Positions 1 through 11,736 of a stretch of DNA of 64,000 nucleotides are shown here, in pieces; positions within the stretch are counted from its first letter, which is position 1, and each line of letters begins with the position of its first letter. The position numbers and the translations under genes are program-made. The DNA comes from Hypanus sabinus (lineage: Eukaryota): the NCBI RefSeq assembly GCF_030144855.1, contig NC_082706.1:15562001-15626000 (forward strand), in the 5' to 3' direction. A model generated the notes under the pieces. The model was not told where the DNA came from and did no database searches. It saw nothing but the letters and a program-made list of their open reading frames with translations.

Positions 1-680
1 CAGGCAGGCAGAAGCTTTCATCGAAGGCAAATTGGGTGGGTCAGAGAGAGTTGGTTCGGCGACTTTGTCCTTGCCTAAAAGAGGTTGTGTGAAGCTACTT
101 GAGGAAGCAAAGAGTAATGATACTGCCTTCAAATGAAGAGCCAATTAAAGTGGGGATGTATCAGTGCTACCTCTCAATGGTGGGTTGGATTGCAATCTTG
201 AATCAAGTCCAAGTATCGATGAGACTAGGAGAGCGGTAAACAAAAACATGCCGGGTTTGCCAAGGGAATACTGCCATTGGCTAACCAGGAAGAAAATCAA
301 CATGGCCTCCCTTTCCGTCTGGTAACACACATGGGTAACACCCCAACCAGCAAAATTAGAGCTGATTGGCTAATTCTCCTGGTGACTGCACTGCTGTGAC
401 TGAGAGCTTGATGTTATGCGTACAATCACTGGGGAAAAAATTAGCATGTACTTATTGCAAGACCCTGCTGTAGTCTTTTTTTTGCTCTTCCCTCTGTAGC
501 TTTCTGAATCAATTGTTTGCTCGAGATGTCATGCAAAAACTTCAGCTCCTCAGCTGATCCTGTGTTGAAACAACCATTCAGACATGTTATGGGAATCCAA
601 AGTCCCAATAGAAAAGTCTCATAATATTAGGCAAAAAGATCAGACTCTATTGTTAATACTCACTGCCCAGGCTCACACAT

Positions 681-905
681 GGGGCAGCACGGTAGTGTAC
701 AGATTAGCATAATGCTATTATAGCTCCAGTGAACAGGGTTCAATTCCCGTTGCTGTCTGTAAGGGGTATGACTGCATGGGTTTCCTCCGGGTGCTCTGGA
801 TTCCTCCCACATTCCAATGAGGTACGGGCTAGTAGGTCACATGGGTTCAACTGAATGGTGTGGGAAGGCCTGTTACCAGAGGGGTCGATTCCCATTCTGT
901 ATAGA
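681..905 (+). mobile_element. tRNA-derived SINE (HE1/V-SINE-like)
   Basis: A-box-like GGTAGTGTACAG, B-box GGTTCAATTCC, central TGGGTTTCCTCCGGGTGCTC..TTCCTCCCACA motif repeated many times in the window. Confidence 0.8.
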
Positions 906-1240
906 GTCATAGAAAAGTACAGCACAGGAACAGGCCTTTTGGCCCATCTAGTCTGTGCCAAACTATTGAAACTGCACCAGGATCCTAGCCCTCCATACAC
1001 CTACCATCCACGTACCTGTCTAAACTTCTCTTAAACATTGAAATCGAGCTCACACACACCACCTGCGCTGGCAGCTTGTTCCACACTCTCACCAACCTCC
1101 GAGCGAAGAAGTTTCTCCTCATGTTCCCCTTAGATCTTTCACCTTTGACCCTTAACCCATGACATCTAGCTGTAGCCCCACCCAACCTCAGTGGGAAAAG
1201 ACTGTTTGCTTTTACCCTATCCGTACCCCCCATAATTTTG
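906..1240 (-). mobile_element. CR1 LINE 3' fragment
   Basis: ORF 985..1335 reads RRNFFARRLVRVWNKLPAQVV...FKRSLDRYVD, the CR1 ORF2 C-terminus. Confidence 0.85.
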
Positions 1241-2024
1241 TTTCTCAAAATAAAAATCAACGTAAAGGTCAGCACTTGGATGGATTTGTGGGTAAGCTGC
1301 AGCCACCATTCACAGATCCTTCTCTCCCCACTCATCCCTCAGTCAGTGAGTGTAGGGAAGTGCGTAGAATTTCAGGAGATGATCCTCCCTGCGCTTTAGC
1401 ATGTCACCACCAGGCATCTTATCAATCTCACATTTACAGGGCACATGGAGTTGTTTTGAGTTGGGATTAATCAATGGCAGAGAAAAAAATGATCCCTGAT
1501 CAATACATTGCCACTGACAGTGCCTCATCGAGTGTTTGTCAGCTTCATTTAACATAAACTGACTTTTCACCTGCTCCTATACCATATGCAGCTGCAAATT
1601 TCAAATTAAAGAAAGAAAATGTGAATACATTATCATATATTATGCTCCAATCCCTCCATTTAACATGCAAATTTCCCAGAATGTTTCTGCACGCCTTCTG
1701 TTGCAAATTAATTTTGCAGAATTATAATTAGACTAATCCTGCATAATTAATAAGCAGCCTCTTATTTATTTGTGAGGGAGTTGACAGGATCTTTACCCAG
1801 TTCTGTAAACTGATAAGTGACTGTTAAGAGCATAAAAATAACTGGAAGGAAAGCAAGTCAAGGCTTCCAGGATGGGGTGGCGCAATGGGAATTGCACTCC
1901 CAGAACAAGATGGCCAGTTCGTCAGGATCTGAGAGCTCTGAACTTTCCTTTAGCACAGAGAGTGGAGAAAGCGTTGACTACACTGCAGCAAGCATTGCCT
2001 CACAGATCTGCTGTCAACAGATCA

Positions 2025-2147
2025 CAAACACAAGAGATTCTACAGATGCTGGAAATACAGAGCAACGCACACAAGATGCTGGAGGAACTCAGAAGGGCTG
2101 GCAGCATCGGTGGAAAGGAATAAAGCATTGGCATTTCAGGCCAGACT
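2025..2147 (-). mobile_element. Penelope-like element terminal fragment
   Basis: ATGCTGGAGGAACTCAG..GGCAGCATC terminal motif shared with the endonuclease-bearing copy at 2953-3597. Confidence 0.7.
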
Positions 2148-2952
2148 GTTACAAATGTCTGACAACAAGAACTTATACTACCCATTCTTCCAAAATGAGA
2201 ACATACAGACCTTTGTCATCTACAAACCTTAACATCTTATCCAAAGATATCTCTAATGATGGTACTTTCCTTCTTAATAGAGCCATACAACATGGGAACT
2301 GGCGCTTTGGCCCAATTGGCCAATGTTGACCAAGTAAAACATATTCATCAAAGCACGTACATGTTACCATATATTACCTTGAGATTCAATTTCTTGCAAG
2401 CATATACAGGAAAATAAAGAAATGGAATAGACTTTACAAAAAGAAACCTATCCAATTTTACCATAAAGAGGTACAGCTTAGAATTAAACCCAGGCACTGT
2501 CTTCAGCTGTGTTTGGAACTCTCTTCTTCAAAGGGTGATAGAAGCATCATCTTTTAATATTTTAATGTTAGCATAGACAGAATCTTTGGGGTGAAAGGTT
2601 ACCAGGATGAGCTGAGGATGAAGAGCTTGGGTTACAGCGGATTCCTGGGGAATTATTAAATGGTCGCCAATCCACTCCTGATCCTCATCCGTACAATTGT
2701 GTGTTTGAGTAGTGAGTTCCAGTCTTGGTCTCAGATGGATTCCTCCACTTTCCACAGCTAAATACAAACGATCACTTAGTCCACCGGCATCCAGAGAAAA
2801 CAGAACAGCCATCAATCCGTCCAACTGGATCTCAAATGCATTGGCCCTCAGAGTAATTACCTTAAATGTTAAATCATTCTTCCCCAACTTTTGTCTGAAG
2901 TTGTTGAAAATAAAACAAAAAAAAACAAACCTGAAATAAAAACTTAACGGCG

Positions 2953-3597
2953 ACACACAAAAAATGCTGGAGGGACTCAGCAGGCCAGGCAGCATCTATG
3001 GAGAAAAGCACAGTTGACGCTTTGGGGCGAAACCCTTCGCCAGGACTGGAGAAAAACAGCTGAGGAGTAGATTTGAAAGGTGGTGGGGGAGGGAAGAGAG
3101 AAACACCAGGCGATGGGTGAAACTTGGACGGGGAGGCATAAAGCAAAGAGCTAGGAAGTTCATGGGTGAAAGAGACAGAGGCCATGGAAGAATGAAAAAT
3201 GGAGGGGGGAGGAGCACCAGGGGGAGGTGATGGGCAGTCAAGGAGTTAACATGAGAGAGGGAAAAGGGGATGGGAAATGGTGAAGGGTGGGGTCATTACT
3301 GGAAGTTTGAGAAATTGATGTTCGTGCCATCAGGTTGGAGGCTGCCTAAACGGAATATAAGGTGTTGTTCCTCCAACCTAAGTGTGGCCTCATCACGACA
3401 GTGGAGGAGGACATGCATGGACATATCGGAATGGGAATGGGATTGGAATTACAATGGGTGGCCACTGGGAGATCCCGCTTGTTCTGGCTGATGGAGTGTA
3501 GGTGCTCGGCGAAGCGGTCTCCTAATCTACGTCGGATCTCACCGATGTACAGGAAGCCACACCAGGAGCACTGGACACAGTATATGATCCCAACAGT
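2953..3597 (-). mobile_element. Penelope-like retroelement 3' part (GIY-YIG endonuclease, pyrimidine-rich 3' region, degenerate hammerhead, terminal repeat)
   Basis: Endonuclease remnant followed by a CT-rich region and CAGTC-CTGGCGA-AGGGTTTCGCCCC-AAAGC-GTC-AACTG (decayed hammerhead, 3011-3048). Confidence 0.88.
3296..3594 (-). pseudogene. Frameshifted GIY-YIG endonuclease domain of a Penelope-like element
   Basis: GIIYCVQCSWCGFLYIGEIRRRLGDRFAEH...PVATH, then in another frame HSHSDMS...RLEEQHLIFRLGSLQPDGTNINFSNFQ*: IY/YIG motifs, CxxC and His ligands typical of PLE endonucleases. Confidence 0.88.
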
Positions 3598-3842
3598 CTG
3601 TGTGGCAATGAATCCCACTGATTTTCACCCCCTGGCTAAAGAAGTTCCTCCTCATCTCTGTTCTAAAAGGACGTCCTTCTATACTGAGGCTGTGACCTCA
3701 GGTCCTAGACTCTGCCTGGAAGCAAACAAGTCTCAAGGTTGTATAATTTATACATTCTTTGATAATAAATTAACTCTGAATCTTGAAGATATTAGAAACA
3801 TCATCTCCATGTCCACTCTAACTAGGCCTTACAATATTCAGA

Positions 3843-4065
3843 GATATAGCATGGTAACAGGCCCAATGAGCCCGTGCTGCCCAGTTACACCCAGGTGACC
3901 AATTAACCCACTAACCTATACACATTTGGAACACAGGAGGAAACCAGAGCACTCGGAGGAAAACCACATGGTCACGGGTAGATCGTACAAGCTCCTTACA
4001 GACAGCCATGGATTGAACCTGGGTCACTGGTGCAGTAGTGGTGTAAAGCTGCCATGCCACTGTAC
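3843..4065 (-). mobile_element. HE1/V-SINE-like tRNA SINE
   Basis: Reverse complement of the SINE body (GGAGGAAACCAGAGCACTCGGAGGAAAACCAC). Confidence 0.75.
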
Positions 4066-4514
4066 TGTTCTCCTTGTAACCATGTGATCCTCCAGGAGTT
4101 CCTACCGCACCCAAAGACATCCCAAAGATGTGTGGGTTGACAGGTATCTGGCTGCTGTAGATTGACCCAGGTGTGTAGGTGGGTGGTAGAATCTCGAGGC
4201 CACTGAAGGACGTGTGGGGACAACACAATGAGACGGTACAGTTTATGTTTAACATAAATGGGAGCTGAATGATCGTTGGCCAAAGGACCCATTTCCATGC
4301 CATATAAGCTCTAAGTAAACCAATTGTCCCACCGATCACTTCAATACATCTGGGCCACATGCATCTCAGGGCAACGATGAAGGTATGAAGACCAAAATTT
4401 TACCTTTCTCAATCTGAATGCCAACCAACAAGGCCAAAACTTAATGTCCTAATTTAGACTCCCAGGACTATACATCTCGCCCAACCTGTCAAGGTCCCAG
4501 AACGCATTCTACAC

Positions 4515-5145
4515 AATCAGGAAAGCTCAACAACACCTTTACTTTCTGAGGAGGCTGAAGAGAGCTGGACAGTACACATCCATACTCACGTCGTGCTACA
4601 GATGCGCAGTAGGGAGCATCCTTACAGGCTGCATCACTGCATGGTATGGAAACTGCACTGCTCGCAACAAGCTGTACAATGGGTGTCCAAAACTACCTGA
4701 CGCACCGCAGGCTCCAGCCTCCCTGCATTCAAGGTGCCAGGAGAGGGCCAGTAACATCACGAAGGATCCCTCCCACACTGCTCACGGGACGCTTGTCCCA
4801 TACCCATCAGGGAGGAGGCTACATAGCAGCCGCACCAGGACAACCAGACTCAAAAACAAGCTACTTTCCCCAAGCACCTCCACTGCAGCCACCACTAATT
4901 TATCATTTGCTGTCAGTCACCATACGTACAGAAAGTCCCCAGCCTAGTGTCACCTCTGGACAAACAATCTGTATATAAGGTATCCTAAGAATTTATATTT
5001 ATTGTTTTTTTATGATTTCTGCATTCTTTATCTTCTTGTGTTTTGGCTTTGTGTTGCATCAGATTCGGAGTAATGACTATTCTGTTCTCCTTTACACGTG
5101 TGTCCTGGAAGTGACATTAAACAATCTTGAAGCTTGAACCTGAAC
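4515..5145 (+). mobile_element. Rex1/Babar-type LINE 3' fragment
   Basis: Reads KAQQHLYFLRRLK...YRCAVGSILTGCITAWYGNCT...PSGRR; tail with TTGAANC repeats. Confidence 0.75.
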
Positions 5146-5483
5146 CGAGAAGCAGTTGAGAATCGAAGCATTGGTGTGTCTGTAGTCACCGATAGTCCAC
5201 ACCAGGAAAGCAGGGGAGATTTCCTCCCCTGGAGAACATCCATAAATGATATGGGTTTGTACAGCACCTCGATTATCTTACAGTCAGCATTCCTAGAGAC
5301 TAGATTTCTTTCTTGTTAATTGTGATTAACCAAATTTACATTCACAACCACCTAGCGGGGATTTGAACCCACACCTCTTGAGCTGAAGCATAATTTAACT
5401 GTAGCACAATGCACGAGCATTTAGGGAACTCATCACCTTTCAAAGGAGATGGACAGTCAATGTTTCAAGTTGAGACCTTAGTC

Positions 5484-5566
5484 CAGGGGTTCCCAATCTT
5501 TTCTTTATGCCATGGACCAATACCATTAGGCAAGGGGTCCATGGACCGCAGGTTGGGGAACCCCTG
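5484..5566. mobile_element. ~80-bp hAT-type MITE inserted in a Penelope-derived fold-back remnant
   Basis: TIRs CAGGGGTTCCC / GGGAACCCCTG; same family at 18761, 29203, 47405, 50558, 53978. Confidence 0.8.
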
Positions 5567-5666
5567 CCCCAGTGGACTCCCTTCTATAGATGCCTGACTC
5601 ACTGGTCCTCCAGCATTGTGCTTTTTTTTCTGCTCCGTATTCCAGCATCGTCAATCTCCGTTCTCC

Positions 5667-5926
5667 AGGGAGCATAGCAGCGTAGTGGCAATGCTTTGCA
5701 GTACAAGTGACCCGGTTTCAATTCTCACCACTGCCCGTAAGGAGTTTGTATGGTCTCCCTGTGACCGTGTGGGATTCCTCTGGGTGCTCTGGCTTCATCC
5801 CACAGTCCACAGACTATGGACTGTTGGTAGGTTAATCGGTCATTGTAAATTGTCCTGTGGTTAGGCTAGTGTTAAATTGGTAGGTTGCTGGGCCGCGTGG
5901 ACCAAAGGGCTGACTAAGTAAATAAA
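5667..5926 (+). mobile_element. HE1/V-SINE-like tRNA SINE
   Basis: Head and body match the other copies; ends in AAATAAAT. Confidence 0.8.
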
Positions 5927-6268
5927 TATGAGGGGTGATTAATGAGTTCATGGCCCAAGGTGGAGGGAGATGAGTTATACAACTCTCGTTACAAGCACGT
6001 GCAGTTCAACCCTTTGAGTGATTGTGTTTGAAGTTAATAACTCATCTCCTTCTACCTTAGGCCATGAACTTATCAATCACCCCATGCTGTGGACCACTTC
6101 TGGAGGTCCGAGACGCCGACTTCTACAAAGAAGAGATCCATGTCCTCCACAACTGCTGGACTAAGTGTGTAAATGTAGGAGGGGACTATGTTGAAAAATA
6201 ATTGTGCTAGGTTTTCTAAAACTGACCCGGTCTACCTTGGGCCACGAACTTATCAATCACCCCTCGTA
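5927..6268 (+). mobile_element. Non-autonomous mariner element
   Basis: TA-flanked TIRs TGAGGGGTGATTAATGAGTTCATGGCCCAAGGT / ACCTTGGGCCACGAACTTATCAATCACCCCTCG; internal DFYKEEIHVLHNCWTKCVNVGGDYVEK* is the mariner transposase C-terminus. Confidence 0.85.
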
Positions 6269-7426
6269 AATGGCATCTCGCCAGACTCAGGGTGTGAGAC
6301 TGGTCAAAGGCCTGCATGCAGAGTTGCAAGGAAGACTCCCTTGCCCACACTCCATCACCCTTACAGCGAAGGCCGACATCGCACTTGCCTGCCTAATTGC
6401 TTGCCCAAAGCTGGACATTAACCTGAAGGAACGCGCCGGGTGTGCGGATCAATTTCCAAACGGCCAGATTAGCGAAGTGAAGTGGTCACCCAGCAAGACA
6501 CTGGAGAGCTTCAGAAGCAGCATTTAAACAAAAGCCTGACTGAAACGTTTCAGATGCTGGACGGAGAGCCAACACAATTTGACTGTAAAATTAACATCAC
6601 TATCCTGTCACATCTGGTCCAATTTAACAAAGAGAAAGGGAATCCATACAATCTGATGGTACACCACTCACACTTAATAAAGGGTGATGGATGAATTTTA
6701 TATTTTATACCAACTCTCCTGTACTCGTTACACTGTATGAAGTCTTTAAGAGAAATATTGCTCAATCTTTCTTTTTGCAGACAAGCACCCCCAACGGAGG
6801 GTTCACCATATTTAATTCATGATCTCCATAAAGCTGGGAGACTGTGACCACATGGAGACACCATCAATTAGGCAATTGTGGGATCTGTGTAAAAATCAAT
6901 CTGTTTCGCTGTTGACTAGAATCGAAGATGTCCACGTTATTTAAAAAAAGGACATACAGTGCCGACATCACCATGTTACAGGCAGAATTTCACTTGCTGA
7001 CTAGTTGCTTTGCTTTTTTGATGACTCCTACCTGGATGAGTTATTAAAAAAATGTCCGCACTGACCTTAAAAAATCCATTTTGCCATCCCTTAATATAAA
7101 TGTGGCTCTCCATTGATCACATGTGTAGGCCTGCCTCGAGGTTAGTCCCCCTGTTCCCGAGGAATGGTGGCAGGGCTTTCAGGTCTTCTCTTTAATTCAA
7201 TTACAAATTGTTGTGTTCTATGATTTATTGGGAATAATTCATTGTGTAGAGGGGGAAGGGGGGTTGCATGCAGGATAACATGCGGACTGCAACACATACG
7301 CACAGGAGTTGGCTGGTACATGGGGCAGGTATTATGTGAACAGGGGCGCTTTCCACACAAGATGATGCATGCACTAAAATGTGTTACACTTAGAATAAAT
7401 CAGAGAATAGCGAATTACATACCGAT

Positions 7427-7930
7427 TAATGTACAATTTATTAGGTACACCTGCTCGCTAATGCAAATATCTAATCAACCAAATCTATGGCAGCAATGCA
7501 AGCAGTAAAGCATGCAGACATGGTCAAGAGGTTCAGTCGTTGTTCAAATCAAACATCAGAATGGGGAAGGAATATGATCTATGCGACTTTGATTGTGGAA
7601 TGGTTGCCGGTGCCAGATGGGGAGGTTTGAGTATCTCAGAAACTGCTGATCTCCTGGATTTTCACCCTCGACAGTGTCTGGAGTTTACAGAGAATGGTGC
7701 AAGAAACAAAAAACATCCAGAGAGTTGCTGTTCTGTGGGCAAAAATGCCCTGTACATGAGAGAGGTCAGAGGAGAATGGCGACAGTAACTCAAATAACAT
7801 GCACTACAACAGAGCCGTACAGAAGAGCATCTCTGAATGCACGACACATTGAAACTTGAAGAGGCAGTCCAGTCGCAGAGGACCGCACCGGGCTCCACTC
7901 CTGTACCTAATAAAATGGCCACTGAGTGTA
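7427..7930 (+). mobile_element. Non-autonomous Tc1 element
   Basis: Transposase N-terminal HTH (MGKEYDLCDFDCGMVAGARWGGLSISETADLL); right TIR GTACCTAATAAAATGGCCACTGAGTG+TA. Confidence 0.85.
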
Positions 7931-8042
7931 CAGTCTGATTAAGAGCAGAACATACAGAGAGGAGAGTGTGTCGCTGACAGGAGAAGATGTAAGCTGGAGT
8001 ATCGCATCTACAAGAGAATAGATAAACCATTGTGTCTTATTT

Positions 8043-8409
8043 GGGTGGTGAGGTGGAGATACGTCTCTACCAAAGGAGGTGCAAGGCGCTCCTTCCTATG
8101 CTAGCCTGCAGGTCACCATTAGGCAAGGTGTAGCACCTCCCCGATCAGGATCAGGTAAAGCCATGGGAGGAGGTGGCGAATGGTCATACGAGCAGCTGAT
8201 GTATATCCCAAGTCCTAGTTATGCGACCTCCGACACCAGGCCGGCAATCTCTGATGAGTATTGATATTGGCTGGGGTCACCCATCTTATCAAGACACTGC
8301 CCAGAAGAAGGCAATGGCAAACCACTTCTGCAGAACAATTTGCCAAGAATAATCACAGTGATGGGACCTTAATCACCCACCTGATATGACACAGCACATA
8401 ATGATGATG
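8043..8409 (+). mobile_element. ~360-bp SINE-like element with RTE/BovB-type motif
   Basis: Five dispersed copies in the window; contains GAAGGCAATGGCAAACCACTTCTG; ATG-repeat tail. Confidence 0.75.
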
Positions 8410-8529
8410 TGTGTTATACATAGGACAAATCATAGCCTGAAATAAGTTACACAGAGGGTAACAGGCAGAATGGAGTTCTTTACTTTTACATACAGGATAA
8501 TGAAGACTGTGTTTCACATAAACTCATAG

Positions 8530-9112
8530 GTTGAAGAGGACTAGAATACAGGGGATGGAATGCTGAGGTTTTATAAGGTATTGCTCAGATCACATTTGGA
8601 GTATTTGTGAGTAGTTTTGGGCCCTGTATCGAAGGATTTACTGGCACTAGAAATTGCCTGGGGAATGTTTATGAAAATGATCCCAGGAATGAGGAACATT
8701 TGACGGCTCTGCACCTGTACTCACTGGAGTTTAGAAGAATGGGGAGGAGAAGGGGCCTCAATGAAACCTACTGAACATTGAAAGGCTTGGATAGAGTGGG
8801 CATGGAGAGGTTGTTTCAAATAGTGGGAGAATGTAAGATCAGAAAAGAAGTACATCTGCTTAGAGCAGAGATGAGGAGGAATTTCTTTAGCCAAAAGCTG
8901 GTGAATCTGCGGGATTCATTACCACGGACGGCTATGGAGTCCAAGTCATCGGGTATATTTAAAGTGGAGGCTGATAGGTTCTTGATTGGTAAGGGCATTG
9001 AAGGTTACAGAGAGGAGACAGGAGAATGAGGTTGAGAGGGATAATGGATGGAATGGTGGAGCAGATTCAGTGGGCTGAATGGCCTATTTCTGCTTCTCTG
9101 TCTTCTGGTCTT
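8530..9112 (+). mobile_element. CR1 LINE 3' fragment (old)
   Basis: ORF 8778..9029 MRRNFFSQKLVNLRDSLP...FKVEADRFL. Confidence 0.8.
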
Positions 9113-9139
9113 AACAGATGAGAGTGTGCTGCATTATGA

Positions 9140-9482
9140 TAATAGACAAATTGGACAATGTAACACACAGGACTGCATACAGAAGGGTCAATATACAGGC
9201 TGGAATATCTTACAGATGAGACAATATGCAAACAGTTGCACATGGGACAATACAAAAGCTGGAGTGATATACGCAGGACAATATACAGACAAATAAGTTA
9301 CACGCAGGTCAAAATACAGACTGTTGTGAGTTACACACAGGACAACATACAGGTTGTATTGAGTTACACTTGGAACAATATACAGGTTGTTCTGAATTAC
9401 AATGCAAAGTCTGAAGTGAGTTACATACAGGCCAAACACAGGTTGGACTGAGTTACACTCGGGACAGTATAGAGGCTGGATG
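9140..9482. repeat. Degenerate ~33-bp minisatellite
   Basis: Units TGAGTTACACACAGGACAACATACAGGTTGTAT at about 9327, 9360, 9417 and 9449. Confidence 0.7.
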
Positions 9483-9572
9483 TGCTTCAAGACAGTTGTT
9501 CCATATTCAATAACTGTAGTGCCACCCTGTCCCATAAGCACTCCCAAGATATTTACTTTTGAACTTACCAAA

Positions 9573-9875
9573 NNNNNNNNNNNNNNNNNNNNNNNNNNNN
9601 NNNNNNNNNNNNNNNNNNNNNNNNNNNNNNNNNNNNNNNNNNNNNNNNNNNNNNNNNNNNNNNNNNNNNNNNNNNNNNNNNNNNNNNNNNNNNNNNNNNN
9701 NNNNNNNNNNNNNNNNNNNNNNNNNNNNNNNNNNNNNNNNNNNNNNNNNNNNNNNNNNNNNNNNNNNNNNNNNNNNNNNNNNNNNNNNNNNNNNNNNNNN
9801 NNNNNNNNNNNNNNNNNNNNNNNNNNNNNNNNNNNNNNNNNNNNNNNNNNNNNNNNNNNNNNNNNNNNNNNNNNN
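9573..9875. other. Assembly gap (303 N)
   Basis: Run of n. Confidence 1.
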
Positions 9876-10215
9876 GAGCGGGAAGAGAGGGGAGGGGGAA
9901 GAGGGGAGGGGAAGATTAAGGGGAGAAGGAGAGCGAGAAGTGGGGAGCGAAGGGGAGAGAGAGGGAGAGGTGGGGAGAGAGGGTGGAGAGAGAGGGAGAG
10001 GTGGGGAGAGAGGGTGGAGAGAGAGGGAGAGGTGGGGAGAGAGGGTGGAGAGAGAGAAGAGACAGGGAAGAAGAGAGGGGAGGGAGAAAAAAGGGGGAGA
10101 GGGAGAGGGGGAGTAAGAGGGGGAGGGAGAGGAAGGGGGAGAGGGATGAGGAGCATGCATGTGCATGGGAGAGAGAGAGAAATATGTGGAGACACAGGGA
10201 GGTGAGGAGGAGGAA
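9876..10215. repeat. GA-rich polypurine low-complexity tract
   Basis: GGAGAGAGGG-type units next to the gap. Confidence 0.9.
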
Positions 10216-11040
10216 ATCAGATTGCTCTGCTGGAAGCTGGCAGGGATCTAATGGGCTGAATAATCCCCTGTGCTATTGTAAGCTAAGTGCATTTTCTTCC
10301 TTAACAAAGTTTCCCTCTACACTAATGCCCAATTAGAGGTGGGAATCTAACAAGCAAGTTACTTGTCTGGAGGTGAATGCAACAAAGTGGTGTAATCATA
10401 TCCTCTGTCAATATTTTCTCCAATATTGCACTGCTCCCAGGAGTACATTCACTGTTCTATTGACAATGAAGGGCTAGCATTTTACAGCAAAATAAATATT
10501 TTATTGCCCTGTAAAGACTGACAGTTTATTGCAATAATATACAAGCCAAGATGTTATTAAAACTACAACACCATCGGGCACTCTGGCCTCATCAATGACC
10601 CAAACCTTCGATGGACTTCTCTTTAGTAAACTGATGGTGAAAGCTGAGAGCTGAATGTTGGTACTATTAGCGCAAGAAACTCTCTTGCACCCTCTTCATT
10701 TTTGAAAGCCTGACAAGGGCACTGTTATGCTCTATTTCAGAAATTAATCGAAAGAAAAATACAGGAGCCCAGGAAAACGCGCTTACTTAGTTTTACTTTA
10801 CTGAAGACGTGCTGGCGTAATGACGAATGCCATTTACTTGCTTTTACATATAACCCATAATGAATTATGTAAACAAGGAATGGTAAACCGAACAATACTA
10901 TATATTCACAAAATTACTCAATTACTACTAAAGTATTAAATACACAACACTCCTCCTGGCTTAGCTAAATATAGAATATAGAATTCATCTCAAATTAATG
11001 TATACACTGTAAATACACTGTGTGTGAGAATATATATTTG

Positions 11041-11205
11041 GGCCGGCCGGTAGTGTAGTGGCACCAGTACTGAACTTTGAGGTGGCTGGTCCTGGGTTTG
11101 AATCCCACCAGGTCCCAAACTGGCCAGCAGCAATATCTGTCAGAAGAAATGCCTGGCAATCTATTTCTGTATCTTGCCACAAAAACCCTATGGACAATGC
11201 TATGA
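11041..11205 (+). mobile_element. tRNA-head SINE with RTE-like tail, nested in Gypsy
   Basis: A box TAGTGTAGTGG, B box GGTTTGAATCC, tail GTATCTTGCCACAAAAACCCTATGGACA. Confidence 0.65.
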
Positions 11206-11207
11206 GT

Positions 11208-11736
11208 CATAGAAACATAGAAAATCTATACAGGCCCTTCCAAAGTTGTGCTGAACATGTCCCTACCTTGGAAATTATTAGGCTTACCCATATCCCTCTA
11301 TTTTTCTAAGTTCCATGCGCCTATCCAAAAATCTCTTAAAAGACCCTATCGTATCCGCCTCCACCACCGTTGCCGGCAGCCCATTCCACGCACTCACCAC
11401 TCTCTGCTTAAAAAACTTACCCCTGAGATCTCTGTACCTACTCCCCAGCACCTTAAACCTGTATCCTCTTGTGCCAACCATTTCATCCCTGGGAAAAAGC
11501 CTCTGACTACCTACACAATCAATGCCTCTCATTATCTTGTACACCTCTGTCAGGTCACCTCTCATCCTCCGTCTCTCCAAGGAGAAAAGGACGAGTTCAC
11601 TCAACCTGTTTTCAAAAGCCATGCTCCCCAATCCAGGCAACATCCTCGTAAATCTCCTCTGCAACCTTTCTATGGTTTCCACATCTTTCCTGTAGTGAGG
11701 CGACCAAATCTGAGCACAGTACTCCAAGTGGGGCCG
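11208..11736 (-). mobile_element. CR1 LINE 3' fragment nested in Gypsy
   Basis: ORF 11284..11754 RPHLEYCAQIWSPHYRKD...FSLERRRMRGDL. Confidence 0.92.

Noticed and set aside
1-330. Coding-looking sequence at the window start
   Set aside because: Stops in all frames checked and no recognisable product
1817-2329. 170-aa ORF
   Set aside because: Runs through a Penelope terminal fragment, has no recognisable domain and starts at a non-ATG codon
9140-9482. CRISPR-like array
   Set aside because: Eukaryotic context, tandem units without unique spacers, no cas genes
9188-10336. Long ORFs (335, 241, 219, 185 aa)
   Set aside because: Artefacts of the N gap and the GA low-complexity tract
11041-11115. 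tRNA gene
   Set aside because: A/B boxes present but no clean cloverleaf, and it continues into a SINE tail
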